A DNA stretch of 64,000 nt from a virus. The notes beneath the pieces were generated by a model. It did not search any database. It saw only the letters and a list, made by a program, of their open reading frames with translations, and was not told the DNA's origin. This document shows, piece after piece, positions 8,548-18,119 of the stretch; position 1 is the stretch's first letter; every line of letters starts with the position of its first letter. Where the stretch lies: positions 32,001 to 96,000 of IMG/VR virus record IMGVR_UViG_3300007760_001422; one strand, 5' to 3'. The translations under genes and the position numbers were made by a program.

Positions 8548-10137
8548 TTATCCCTTTAACAGCCAAGCATGGTCTTTTATGTCCTCTACATATTTTTTAG
8601 CTTTATCATCCAATTCTATATGTTTTGGTTTAAGCATACCCGGTAAGTTTGTATTTAGTTGTGAATTTGTTACTGTCATTGCGTCTATAAAAGCCTTATT
8701 ATATTCAGCGTCTCTTTGATTTTCAATTATTGCAGTATCTCTAACCCAACACCCAATGGCACATGCCATAATTAAATCATCGTTATAAGATCTCATCGCT
8801 TCTGGTCGACCGTTGTGCCAAACAAAAGTTGACAATTCGCTTTGAAGTCTTTTAGAATATATTTTAAGTAGTTTGTTTCTGATGAATTCTTCGAATTTTG
8901 CAACAACTAAAGGCCTTGTTTTCATTGACATTGTAAAACCGGCCACTGCGCCCGAGCGTCTTTCTGCGGCTAATTCATCAATATATTCATGAGTCGACTT
9001 GATTGAGTGGTAGATGTTGGAATATGCACTTTCTTTTAATTTTTCTAATACAGAGTACCCAATAGAATTGTTTTCAATGACCACCATACAGTTTCCATAC
9101 TCCTTTCCTGCTGTGTCCACCACAGAGGCAAACATGTCTGGAGGTAATTTACCTTGGTACTCGGCAACAATTTCCATTGTTTCTAATTTAAAGACATGAA
9201 ACACCGAATAGTCTTGGCCGTCGCCGCGAGCAACGTCAGCAGACAATAAATATGTATTTTCTGAATTGTATTCTTCCCATATCCAATAATTTCTATCAAA
9301 CCCTGTTTTATATTTGGGCTCCGCGGTTTCAGCCAGAATCCTTTCTATGTCTTGGCTGTGGATAACTGTCTCTCCGGAGGCATTAAAGTTGCACAACAGC
9401 TCTTGTGCAATTTGTCTATAAGACATGTTTTTGGTTTCATTTGCAAACCAATCCTGATCTCTTTCGGGGTGCACGTCCCACATTAGTTTAATTGGATAGA
9501 AATCATTCTTATCTGACTCTGCATCAATATAACTTTGATGAAACCAGTTTCCAACGCCATTGGGGGTTGACAAGGCAATACAACGACCACCCGTAGACAA
9601 CGTGGGGTATAAGCCGGTCCACAGTTCATCTAAATTTTCAACGTGGGCAGCCTCATCAATGACCAAGAGGGAAAGAGCCTCTGAACGGCCGGCGTCACCC
9701 GAAGTGGAGGAGGCTTTAATTTGGGAACCGTTGCTCAACTCAAAAGAAGATCTATTGTCAACAGATACAGAAGCCAACTGCAACAGCCAAGGTGGCAGGT
9801 GTTTTATCATGTGTTTTACTTTTTTAACAAGATTTGATGCTGTGCCAAATTTTGTGGCCATCACCAGCACGTTTCTGTCCCTGTGGAAGAGCAGCATCCA
9901 AGCGATGTAAGCGGCCGTAATGGTTGAAATACCCAGCTGGCGCGCCTTGAGTATTACTGTGAATCTATGATCATTAAACTCATCCAGCAGGTCCGATTGA
10001 TAATTATATGTTTTAAATGGAATTAACCCCTTAAGGGGGTGGGAAATTCTTGCATAATTGTTAACAAAATAAGTCGGGTCTTTACCGCATTGACGTATTT
10101 CTTTGATGATTTCTTTTTTTGTTAATTCGTAACGCAT
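8548..10137 (-). CDS. terL: Terminase large subunit (T4 gp17-like)
   Basis: KARQLGIST Walker A region, LVIDEAA Walker B, STPNG coupling motif; nuclease domain SADVARGDGQDYS, IENN and DDLIMA. Confidence 0.96.
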   Translation of the reverse strand: MRYELTKKEIIKEIRQCGKDPTYFVNNYARISHPLKGLIPFKTYNYQSDLLDEFNDHRFTVILKARQLGISTITAAYIAWMLLFHRDRNVLVMATKFGTASNLVKKVKHMIKHLPPWLLQLASVSVDNRSSFELSNGSQIKASSTSGDAGRSEALSLLVIDEAAHVENLDELWTGLYPTLSTGGRCIALSTPNGVGNWFHQSYIDAESDKNDFYPIKLMWDVHPERDQDWFANETKNMSYRQIAQELLCNFNASGETVIHSQDIERILAETAEPKYKTGFDRNYWIWEEYNSENTYLLSADVARGDGQDYSVFHVFKLETMEIVAEYQGKLPPDMFASVVDTAGKEYGNCMVVIENNSIGYSVLEKLKESAYSNIYHSIKSTHEYIDELAAERRSGAVAGFTMSMKTRPLVVAKFEEFIRNKLLKIYSKRLQSELSTFVWHNGRPEAMRSYNDDLIMACAIGCWVRDTAIIENQRDAEYNKAFIDAMTVTNSQLNTNLPGMLKPKHIELDDKAKKYVEDIKDHAWLLKG

Positions 10138-10142
10138 GCATC

Positions 10143-10673
10143 TTATTTAAAGTTCTTTGATTTACTCTTGCCAAGTGCTAGCCAGTCTTTAATAGAATCG
10201 GTTAGTCTGTCTTCCGGTGTGCCTTGCCCCACGGCCTCGACGCCCTTGAGACCTCCAATCTTATATAATTTTGTGGCCTGTACCCATGAACGAAGATTGG
10301 ACATACTTTGCACCAAAACCTCGGCATCACCTTTGGGGGTCAACGATAGCGTGTCTTTTGTGATCTTTTTATATTCACCCTTCAGGAATTTTGAAATAGA
10401 TTTAAATTTTCTTTCAACATCGTCTTCGAAGCCCCCTTCGTGAACCTCTTTCATCGGCAACTCCGAATGATAGCTTAATATCAGCTGATCTCCAGATATC
10501 CTAACACTAAAGCCATCCATAACTCTAGAGTCGATGATAGGATCACCCTCTTCTCGGCGCAAGCCTATTTTCTTCTCTTCGCCATCATAAGAGTATCTTT
10601 TGTATTGTGAGCCGTCGTACGCATTTGCTGCAGCTTGATTGATCCCTTTTATAATATCATATACGCTTGCCAT
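10143..10673 (-). CDS. Hypothetical protein
   Basis: 176-aa ORF with GGAG SD, immediately upstream of terL. Confidence 0.75.
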   Translation of the reverse strand: MASVYDIIKGINQAAANAYDGSQYKRYSYDGEEKKIGLRREEGDPIIDSRVMDGFSVRISGDQLILSYHSELPMKEVHEGGFEDDVERKFKSISKFLKGEYKKITKDTLSLTPKGDAEVLVQSMSNLRSWVQATKLYKIGGLKGVEAVGQGTPEDRLTDSIKDWLALGKSKSKNFK

Positions 10674-11069
10674 TTAATCTTGCTCCTTGTCTGGTCTCCA
10701 GCCATTTTCCCAGCGTTCTTCTCTATCTTCGACATACTGAATAAAGCAAAGATAACAGCACTCAAATTTATTCATATATACATCATCTTTCATGTCGAAA
10801 GAATAAACATCACAAACCGGACATTTTCTTTCGGTCTTCTTATTAATTAGATGCTTGCCGACGAAAAAACCGTCTTTATTAATTTTATCACACTGTTCTC
10901 TATTTTTTCGTTGTTTTTTATAAAATTCTTCTGATTGTTTAATGTGTTCTTTTTCTTTTTCTTCATCCCAATTAGACTTGGGGTTGATAATTGTCTTTTG
11001 CCCATACTTTTTAGCTATAGCTTTTTCAAGAGCAGCTATATAATTTAAATCTTTTCCCGATTTACTCAT
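10674..11069 (-). CDS. Hypothetical protein with zinc-finger-like motif
   Basis: CPVC...CCYLC cysteine pairs. Confidence 0.75.
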   Translation of the reverse strand: MSKSGKDLNYIAALEKAIAKKYGQKTIINPKSNWDEEKEKEHIKQSEEFYKKQRKNREQCDKINKDGFFVGKHLINKKTERKCPVCDVYSFDMKDDVYMNKFECCYLCFIQYVEDREERWENGWRPDKEQD

Positions 11070-11358
11070 ATGATATTGTTTGCCATTCGCCGGCAGCCAC
11101 GATCTTCAACCGATGAGTATCCTCCTCGTAAAGCATTAGGCCATTAAGTGCACTAGTGGCAGTTGGCTTGGAAGCTGCTAGAACTCTGGGTAACATCACC
11201 CCTTTGTTACTTGATGACATCTCCAATATAGCCGATGTGTTTGGTGAGCTAATGCCTATGCCAATATTGGAGTTTCCAGCATCGACATCAATATCATCAT
11301 CTCCGGAGCCAAGTTCTACGTTGCCGTCGACAGTTAAATCATCTCCATATTGTGACAT
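11062..11358 (-). CDS. Small fibre-like protein
   Basis: NIGIGISSPNTSAILEMSSSNKGVMLPRV...NGLMLYEEDT resembles the GIGT..P.a.Ldi.S..kG.l.PR fibre module; AGGAG SD. Confidence 0.65.
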   Translation of the reverse strand: MSQYGDDLTVDGNVELGSGDDDIDVDAGNSNIGIGISSPNTSAILEMSSSNKGVMLPRVLAASKPTATSALNGLMLYEEDTHRLKIVAAGEWQTISYE

Positions 11359-11376
11359 ATATATTTCTCCTTTTGC

Positions 11377-11844
11377 CTATTGCTTGGTCGCCTGATTAAC
11401 ACCATAAACCGTTATCAGTGTCAATGCAATCCCTACAACAACGCCGCCGGTAGCCCACCACGTTGAATAATCATTTGTATTCCCAGCAATTGCGGCAAGA
11501 CGCTCAATTTCATTGTTTTTGATATTGATCAACGCTTTATGTTTTGATTGTAAAGCTTGATAAGAAACCTTTTGAGTTTCTATAACCAAACCTAGTTCGG
11601 CTCTTAATTTTGCCATTTCATAATCTAATTTAAGCTGCCATTGTTTATCTGAATAATCCTTGTTCGCCAATAATTTGGCTGCAGCAACAGTATTTAATAG
11701 CACACCAGAGTATGGGGCTGGCTGCTTATACCTTAAGCCCGTTATTCTGCCTTCCGGCGGAATCATTGGCTCGTCCGCTAAAGCGATCACCGGTGTAAAA
11801 GTTATGCAAAACACCAATATTAAAGCTGTTATTTTATTCCACAT
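11377..11844 (-). CDS. Exported protein with coiled coil and C-terminal TM (spanin-like candidate)
   Basis: Signal peptide ending in ALA-DEP, heptad region, C-terminal WWATGGVVVGIALTLITVYG; in the lysis cassette. Confidence 0.55.
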   Translation of the reverse strand: MWNKITALILVFCITFTPVIALADEPMIPPEGRITGLRYKQPAPYSGVLLNTVAAAKLLANKDYSDKQWQLKLDYEMAKLRAELGLVIETQKVSYQALQSKHKALINIKNNEIERLAAIAGNTNDYSTWWATGGVVVGIALTLITVYGVNQATKQ

Positions 11845-12238
11845 ATTCTAACCCATATTTATCGGCCAGCAATCTTGCTAGCTCATCTGGTTTCTCATTA
11901 TACTCTTCGACCAGTACTTTGATTTCTTTTTTCTTTTGCTTGTCCAATTCTAAACTGTCTTCTTCATATTTTTCTTCTAGTTGTTTTAAAATATTACTAT
12001 ATTTTTCTAAAATTTTATCCTTTTTTTTAATTTCTTCTTCGTGAATTTCGTTTATTGCATCAATTTGTTTTTTATAGCTTTCGGAGCGCACCTTCAAAAC
12101 ATCATGTGCTTTATCCTTTTGTCTAAATAAAAACCACAAAACAATTGTATAAATTATAACGGCCGGTGCCTTCCAGTTGTGTTTAAGCCATGTCCATGTC
12201 TTTTTAAAGCCGGTCTTGATTGTCAGCCATGTTAACAT
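11834..12238 (-). CDS. N-anchored coiled-coil membrane protein (i-spanin-like candidate)
   Basis: TM APAVIIYTIVLWFLF followed by a long K/E coiled coil; downstream of the endolysins. Confidence 0.55.
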   Translation of the reverse strand: MLTWLTIKTGFKKTWTWLKHNWKAPAVIIYTIVLWFLFRQKDKAHDVLKVRSESYKKQIDAINEIHEEEIKKKDKILEKYSNILKQLEEKYEEDSLELDKQKKKEIKVLVEEYNEKPDELARLLADKYGLEYVE

Positions 12239-12253
12239 AATAATTTCATCCGC

Positions 12254-12673
12254 TTATTGTTTTGTGGTTTTGCTTTCCAAAATAAAATAATATACCAATT
12301 GAGAATCTTTTTCATTATTTTCTTTTTTGACCTGCTTTGCCAACCACTCTTTTCCCTCTACGGCATGTTCGCTGCTTTCGAGCCAGAGCAAATAATGCTT
12401 TACAATCAAACTAGCCGAGAGGTCGCGAATGGCCTCGGTTGCATCACTGTTGGCCATAAGCACCACCATAAGAGACTTAACCCCCAGACAATTATTGGCG
12501 CGCACAAACAATGTACGTATACCCAGCACCGGCACATCGTACCGTTCGTCGGGGTCGCATTGTTTCTTAAGACTCTCGGCTGTCAACTGTGGGTATTTTG
12601 GTGCCGGTGATGTAGTGGCACAGGCTGCTGCAAAAGGCAACAGTAGGAACATAAGCAATAATTTTTTCTTCAT
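12254..12673 (-). CDS. Lipoprotein
   Basis: Start reassigned to the ATG at 12673 (AAGGAG SD): MKKKLLLMFLLLPFAAAC, a lipobox-type signal. Confidence 0.7.
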   Translation of the reverse strand: MKKKLLLMFLLLPFAAACATTSPAPKYPQLTAESLKKQCDPDERYDVPVLGIRTLFVRANNCLGVKSLMVVLMANSDATEAIRDLSASLIVKHYLLWLESSEHAVEGKEWLAKQVKKENNEKDSQLVYYFILESKTTKQ

Positions 12674-12683
12674 TTTTTCTCCT

Positions 12684-13544
12684 TTAATGATTGTCACAAA
12701 CTTTAAGTTTTTTAAGTGCATCGGGGCCGCCAACTAGCCAATTTCGATCACAACGTCTAATACCAGTCTCATCCAGACCGGCCAATTGGCCTTTGCTTGT
12801 CCATTGCCAAACCGACCATTCACCCCAGCCGCAATTGCCATCGGGCGCATTCCTGCCCCCTTCCTTATATGGCTTTGTGTAGTCAGCTACCCAAAGAGGA
12901 TAATCGACTAGATCGCCCGGATCATTTTTTAAATAACTATACATATACCATTTGGCGGTATATATTACTGCGCGAAGGCCTGTTTCGTTTTCTAGCTCTG
13001 CTAGCCATTCCAAAGCCCATTGGCGATTAAAGTCTGGGTCACCTTTAATGCCAGCTTCCAAGTCCAGCACGGGTAGCATGTCTCCTTCTGGAATTGAACC
13101 CCCGTAGTACTTTAAAAAGTCGCGCACCTCTGACTTAATATCATTTGCGCCGCCAATATGTGGAGATGGAAAGTGATAGCCGCCGATGGGAATTCCATGT
13201 GCGCGGCACTCTTCTAGGTTTCTTTGTGCGCTTTTGTCAAAATAATTAACACCTTGGGATATTTTAGCCCAAACAAATGAAACTTTTGTTGGATCAACTT
13301 TCGCCCAACGCACATTTCCGTTCCAATGGCTAACATCAACCCCTCCGTAAATATCAATTTTTAATTCCTTGCGGGTGTTCGGGCCAACGACGCCATCCAC
13401 CAACAGGCCGGCCTTTTCTTGAAACTTCTCAACCATATTGTGGGTTTTTGGGCCAAAGTCTCCGTCGATATTTAGACCGCCAACGGCACCCTGAATTCTC
13501 TTGACTTCCTGCCCCTTATCTCCCTTTTTGTGTAACAAGCTCAT
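12684..13544 (-). CDS. Endolysin: peptidoglycan-binding domain plus GH25 muramidase
   Basis: GDKGQEVKRIQ...DGDFGPKT...FQ...DGVVGPNT (PG_binding_1); GVDVSHWNG, GYHF, PVLDLE, LWVADY, WQWTS (GH25). Start reassigned to the ATG at 13544 with GAGGAG SD. Confidence 0.92.
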   Translation of the reverse strand: MSLLHKKGDKGQEVKRIQGAVGGLNIDGDFGPKTHNMVEKFQEKAGLLVDGVVGPNTRKELKIDIYGGVDVSHWNGNVRWAKVDPTKVSFVWAKISQGVNYFDKSAQRNLEECRAHGIPIGGYHFPSPHIGGANDIKSEVRDFLKYYGGSIPEGDMLPVLDLEAGIKGDPDFNRQWALEWLAELENETGLRAVIYTAKWYMYSYLKNDPGDLVDYPLWVADYTKPYKEGGRNAPDGNCGWGEWSVWQWTSKGQLAGLDETGIRRCDRNWLVGGPDALKKLKVCDNH

Positions 13545-13545
13545 G

Positions 13546-13956
13546 TTATACTCCTCTATAGTCTTTAACGCCCTTTCCTTTCCAGCGCGCGTTCCAACCG
13601 CGTACATCATAATGTACAAAGTTTTTATAAAGCCCGAGGCCTCCCTTCTTGATTTTACCTTCTTTGATGAGGTTGGAAACAATTTTATGAAGTTCGTTGG
13701 CGCTCAAACCCTTAACAATAATGTCGGCAGCTTTTGCCTTCATATGTTGAGATTTTCTTGCGCCTCCGATCTTTCTATTGTATTTCGGACTTCTATATCC
13801 AGAAATCACATGAACTGGTTTACCTATGTGATCGCGAATAATTTGAAGGTTTTCTACTAGTTCACGAACATTGTCCATCAACTCGTCGGGTACTCGGGAA
13901 CCATCGCGACATTTAAATTCTGATTTTTTAAAGTTTTTTGAAAGAGGTACATCCAT
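13546..13956 (-). CDS. Peptidase M15A-family peptidoglycan peptidase (second endolysin candidate)
   Basis: NFKKSEFKC, ISGYRSPKYN, SQHM..KAADI and FVHYDVRG zinc-peptidase motifs. Alternative start at 13977. Confidence 0.9.
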   Translation of the reverse strand: MDVPLSKNFKKSEFKCRDGSRVPDELMDNVRELVENLQIIRDHIGKPVHVISGYRSPKYNRKIGGARKSQHMKAKAADIIVKGLSANELHKIVSNLIKEGKIKKGGLGLYKNFVHYDVRGWNARWKGKGVKDYRGV

Positions 13957-13958
13957 AA

Positions 13959-14150
13959 TTATGCACCATGCCTCCATCTGGTGGCAATGTCCGCCAAGCC
14001 CTCTAGCCCTATATAAGCCAAACTAATTGCTACCCAGTCTGCCGATGCTAAAGGTACCGTCTCGAATAACATAAAACCGGTGGCCGTCATCCAAACCATT
14101 AGCTTCCTTGACATAAGTTTGTTCAAGGCGCTATCTAATATTTCCTTCAT
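13959..14150 (-). CDS. Small two-TM protein, holin candidate
   Basis: 63 aa; SRKLMVW...TM...WVAISLAYIGLEGLAD; directly upstream of the endolysins. Confidence 0.6.
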   Translation of the reverse strand: MKEILDSALNKLMSRKLMVWMTATGFMLFETVPLASADWVAISLAYIGLEGLADIATRWRHGA

Positions 14151-14155
14151 ACGTA

Positions 14156-14386
14156 TTAGTCCTTCCTACTAAACAAAGTAAACAACAGCCCAACTGCCAC
14201 CAATCCTACAAGGCCTTGGCCGCCCAAGCTTTTTGTTACATTAACCACATTTCCCACAACATCTACTGGAAAAAATTCAACGTTTGGGCCGAATAGAAGC
14301 TGTAGTACAACAGCTAGTGCCAACAGGGCAATTGAACCTTCTGTTAACTGCTTAATCCACTCAACCACTGTCTTTAATTTATCCAT
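14156..14386 (-). CDS. Small membrane protein, holin/antiholin candidate
   Basis: 76 aa with two hydrophobic segments; AAGGAGG SD; first gene after a motif promoter. Confidence 0.55.
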   Translation of the reverse strand: MDKLKTVVEWIKQLTEGSIALLALAVVLQLLFGPNVEFFPVDVVGNVVNVTKSLGGQGLVGLVAVGLLFTLFSRKD

Positions 14387-14409
14387 AATATTTCCTCCTT
14401 GAATACTAT

Positions 14410-14417
14410 TAATTAGT
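14410..14417 (-). promoter_or_regulatory. Candidate late promoter motif ACTAATTA (lysis/packaging operon)
   Basis: Intergenic, 23 nt before the ATG at 14386. Confidence 0.55.
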
Positions 14418-14430
14418 TTGTTTCTTTATT

Positions 14431-14706
14431 TTATTCATCTTCATCGGAGTCGTCATACTGCGCGCCGCCTTCGTCATAAGGGTTGTCGTCCAAGAGTGAA
14501 TCAAGGCCCCCTTCCCCAAATGAAGATTCCTTTTTTGTATAGCCATCACTTGCCCAACACTGGCCCTTTAGTATAAAACTGGGCGCCGAGATAATTTTTG
14601 CCGTATTGCTCTCGCACCTAGGGCAAGCGGGGTTTTCATCAGTATGTTTCTGGAGTTTGTCAAAGTTGTATTCACAAAACTCACAGACAAATTCATAAAT
14701 TGGCAT
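14431..14706 (-). CDS. FmdB-family zinc-ribbon protein
   Basis: MPIYEFVCEFC...CPRC...KIISAPSFILKGQCWASDGY; start reassigned to the ATG at 14706. Confidence 0.85.
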   Translation of the reverse strand: MPIYEFVCEFCEYNFDKLQKHTDENPACPRCESNTAKIISAPSFILKGQCWASDGYTKKESSFGEGGLDSLLDDNPYDEGGAQYDDSDEDE

Positions 14707-14707
14707 G

Positions 14708-17700
14708 CTATATCTCCACGTGTGCATATGCACCCTGTTTATCAATTGATATTTGCATATCAACGCAATCTTTTAAACTATCTAGGTGCGATATCAAAAG
14801 AACAATCTTAAAGTGTGTTTTAATTAGATCCAACATCCTAACAAAGCCTTCCATATTATTCTCGTCTAGAGCGGTGCCGGGCTCATCTAAAATAAATATG
14901 TTTCCTTTTGGTAGATTTGAGACAGACAACAGTGCTAGCCTTATGGCCATGGCAGCGATTGTTTTTTCTGCGCCGGAACCCAATGACAAGGGCCTAGCAT
15001 CGTGGGACGGGTGCTTGATAAACATCTTGAGTTTTTTTCCATCATCTTCAAAAAACACTTCAAAATTAACAATATTCGCTAATATTTTGGCGATTTCATT
15101 ATTAATTACCGGTAGTTTCTTTTTAATTATATCATAGGAAATACCACTAGTATGCATGCAGCGCATAAAAAGATCATATGCTGAATAAATCTCTTGAAGT
15201 TCTGACAATTCTTGCTTCTGCTCCTGCAAGTTTATTTTTTTCTGTTCTAGTGAGCCGTGCTGCTTATATAGTTCCAGCATTTCTTCTTCACACTCTTGCA
15301 ATAAGAGAGCTTGTACGTCGACTTCGGCACAAAGTTCATCTATTTCCTTTAAAATTGCCCCCTTGTTTTCAATAATTTCTTTATTTTGATAATAGTCTTC
15401 TATTTTTTCTGTTAACGCTTGAATTTCTAACTCTAAAGCATTATTTTGTATTTCCTGCTTTTCTAGCTGCAGTTTATCTGTGTTGATTTCGGTTTCTAGT
15501 TTTTCTTGTTTGCGCAAAAGCTTTTCATGTTTTTCCATGTATCGATCAAGTTTTTCTGGTTCCAATTCTGCTATTTCTTTTTCGACCTTGATGCGGCCGG
15601 CACCAAGCTTTGTACATGTGTGCTCGGTCACCTTAAGCTTGTCGATGGCAACGTATGCATCTTTAATGAATTTACAATGAGAATACTCTGACCCACAAGG
15701 CACCTCTTTAAGAAGTTCTGCCTTTTTGCTTTGATTTTTAAATTTAATTTCTTGGTTAGCAATATCGTTTATAATATTATCAAGCTGCTTTTCCTTCTCC
15801 AGAAGCAATTCCTTTTTGCCCTGCAGTTCTTCATTGTCGAATTCACTCAAAAATGCATTAATCTTTTCTAGCACTTGTTTTTTGTTGTGGTGCTTTTCTC
15901 TGAGTTTAATATTGTCAGCGATCAGGCCGGCACTAGTATTATTGCTGTTTGCAAGGCTAGATTCTAGTTCGTCAATGTTGATAATTTCTGCAGGTATCGC
16001 GTCGACTTCGCGCTCACAACTGTTAATCCTCTCTTTTGAATCATGAATTTTCACCTTAATAGCGTGACACTTGTTTGAGTGTTTTTTGGTTAATTCTTCA
16101 TTGGCTCGAAGTTCTGCGGCGGCCAGCAGTATTTCTTCATCAAACTCGCACCCTTCAAGTCTTTTTATGGCGCCCTTTACATCTGCAATATCATCTTTAG
16201 CTAGTTTATACTTTTTATCAAATATTTCTAAATCAAGAAACTTTGCTAAAATTTCTTTCCGACGCGTGGAGCCCTCGCTTATAAAATCCAAAGAGCCAAG
16301 CTGTGAGGCCATAGAAGTCAATAAAAAATCATCTAATGTACCAAAATATTTTCTTATGTGCTTGTCTGTTTCGTTTCTAGATAGACTGTTTAAACTTTGC
16401 GTCTCCCTCATAACAGGATCGTACAAACTAAAATCTACATCAGTCTTTGCCTCTAGTGTTTCTTCGCCTTTAAGTTTCTTCAGATATTTTTCTGAATGCC
16501 TGCTGATAGAATATTCTGTGTCGCCAATTGATAATTTTAATTTCCCTTGACCAAACTCTTTATTTTGGTTAATAATGTTGAGATTTTTTCTTTCACTCTT
16601 GGAAGTACTATTAAATAAAGTATACAATACACTGTCAATGATACTAGACTTACCAGAGTAATTTTTCCCAAATATTCCCACAATTCCAGAAAGTTTATTG
16701 AAATCAATTTTGTTTCCCTCGTCATAATTAAATAGGTTGTCCCACTCTAGTGTGTTCAACTTCCAATTAATATTTCTAGAGACCTCTTCATCTGATTCTA
16801 TGATCGTGTTGTATTTTCTATTTAATTTATATATACTTTCTAGCGTTTGGTCTTCGACTTGGTAGTCTTTTAAATATTCAGATATCAATTCTTCCTGTAC
16901 TGCGATGCTTCTTAAATTCTCATTAATAAGCTCGCCCGTTAGTTCATCAACATTACCGCGTTGGCCAGCCGCTCTATTAAGAAACGTTATCGATTCAGGT
17001 TTAAACCTAACTTTTGCAACATCAATTGCTTTCCTCATTTTTTCTAATGGCAAATTGTTATTCGATACCAATCTAAGACGAGCGCCATCTTGAATCTTTG
17101 TCCTGCTTGGTATGCGCCCCTTTGGGGTTAATTCTATGGTGACAAAAGGCTTGGGGTTCTTAAGCACGATGTGACGACATGTAAAAGAATCTTTATTATC
17201 AATTTCCCATAACAAAAACCCTTTATCATCTGTTTCTCCATGGTTTTGTTGAACAGTGGAGCCGGGGTATCGACAGCGACCATCATGATCTAATATTTGG
17301 TTTGTCTTGTGAATATCGCCAAGAAAAGCAAAATCATACCCTTCAAAAATTGATAAATCGTCTTCGCCGTGCTCCATAATCCACCCAAGATCTGTTCTAG
17401 AGTTCGATATAGCCCCATGATACAAAGCGATATTGATACTATCGGGATCGCTAGGATGGCACCAATTGTCGCGATCAAACACAGAAAGAACGTTAATAGT
17501 AAAGTTTTCATTTAATTTGGTTTCTCCCGAATATTTTAGAAGATGGAGTTCCGGGTGATCGAGTGCGTTAGCAATCGGAGTGAGAGCATCTTGGCGATTT
17601 GAGTTTCGTAAATTTCCATCATGATTCCCCAATATGATATATGTAGGTGCTATTGAGGCCAAATTGTTAAAAAAGTCAGAACACATTTCGACAAACTCTG

Positions 17701-17860
17701 GTGAGATTTGTGTTTTTGTGTGGGCTATATCTCCGCAATGTATGATATAATCAACCTTTTCTTCTCTCAAACTTTCATATAGTTTTTCGAAAACTTTTTT
17801 ATATTCGTAGTGATATTTTAAATTTTTAATATGGGTGTCTGCAATGTGTGCAAATTTCAT
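14708..17860 (-). CDS. Fused SbcD(Mre11/gp47)-SbcC(Rad50/gp46) nuclease-ATPase
   Basis: N-terminal metallophosphoesterase motifs ADTH, GDIAH, GNHD, GDIH; then GKNYSGKSS Walker A, a coiled coil, SGAEK signature, ILDEP Walker B and ISH. Confidence 0.92.
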   Translation of the reverse strand: MKFAHIADTHIKNLKYHYEYKKVFEKLYESLREEKVDYIIHCGDIAHTKTQISPEFVEMCSDFFNNLASIAPTYIILGNHDGNLRNSNRQDALTPIANALDHPELHLLKYSGETKLNENFTINVLSVFDRDNWCHPSDPDSINIALYHGAISNSRTDLGWIMEHGEDDLSIFEGYDFAFLGDIHKTNQILDHDGRCRYPGSTVQQNHGETDDKGFLLWEIDNKDSFTCRHIVLKNPKPFVTIELTPKGRIPSRTKIQDGARLRLVSNNNLPLEKMRKAIDVAKVRFKPESITFLNRAAGQRGNVDELTGELINENLRSIAVQEELISEYLKDYQVEDQTLESIYKLNRKYNTIIESDEEVSRNINWKLNTLEWDNLFNYDEGNKIDFNKLSGIVGIFGKNYSGKSSIIDSVLYTLFNSTSKSERKNLNIINQNKEFGQGKLKLSIGDTEYSISRHSEKYLKKLKGEETLEAKTDVDFSLYDPVMRETQSLNSLSRNETDKHIRKYFGTLDDFLLTSMASQLGSLDFISEGSTRRKEILAKFLDLEIFDKKYKLAKDDIADVKGAIKRLEGCEFDEEILLAAAELRANEELTKKHSNKCHAIKVKIHDSKERINSCEREVDAIPAEIINIDELESSLANSNNTSAGLIADNIKLREKHHNKKQVLEKINAFLSEFDNEELQGKKELLLEKEKQLDNIINDIANQEIKFKNQSKKAELLKEVPCGSEYSHCKFIKDAYVAIDKLKVTEHTCTKLGAGRIKVEKEIAELEPEKLDRYMEKHEKLLRKQEKLETEINTDKLQLEKQEIQNNALELEIQALTEKIEDYYQNKEIIENKGAILKEIDELCAEVDVQALLLQECEEEMLELYKQHGSLEQKKINLQEQKQELSELQEIYSAYDLFMRCMHTSGISYDIIKKKLPVINNEIAKILANIVNFEVFFEDDGKKLKMFIKHPSHDARPLSLGSGAEKTIAAMAIRLALLSVSNLPKGNIFILDEPGTALDENNMEGFVRMLDLIKTHFKIVLLISHLDSLKDCVDMQISIDKQGAYAHVEI

Positions 17861-18111
17861 AGCTTGGTATTCATCCTATGTATTCTCCAAAGACCTGCTC
17901 TCATTCTTCGGGTTGCGTCTGTTGAGCCACATACTTCAAATGCAACAAAAATATCATTCCACCGTATGTGAATATCGTCATCGCCTAGGCGCTTGTTGGT
18001 TCGAACCTCTAGAACATATCCAATTATGCTTCTATTCATCTCTTCGTCCCAACACGTAATAAGGTCACCAACTCTAAACGGGTGACTTCTTTTTTTAACA
18101 ATATAATTCAC
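17857..18111 (-). CDS. Hypothetical protein
   Basis: 84 aa, GTG start; FRVGDLI...IGYVLEV pattern (SH3/KOW-like barrel); overlaps the sbcCD start. Confidence 0.6.
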   Translation of the reverse strand: MNYIVKKRSHPFRVGDLITCWDEEMNRSIIGYVLEVRTNKRLGDDDIHIRWNDIFVAFEVCGSTDATRRMRAGLWRIHRMNTKL

Positions 18112-18119
18112 GCTATAGT

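Noticed and set aside
6568-10137. Inteins or introns in portal/terminase
   Set aside because: Motif spacing is continuous, with no intein termini or homing-endonuclease motifs.
13545-13682. N-terminal 46 aa of the track's 332-aa endolysin
   Set aside because: It overlaps the M15 peptidase gene; the ATG at 13544 has a strong SD and starts at the PG-binding domain.
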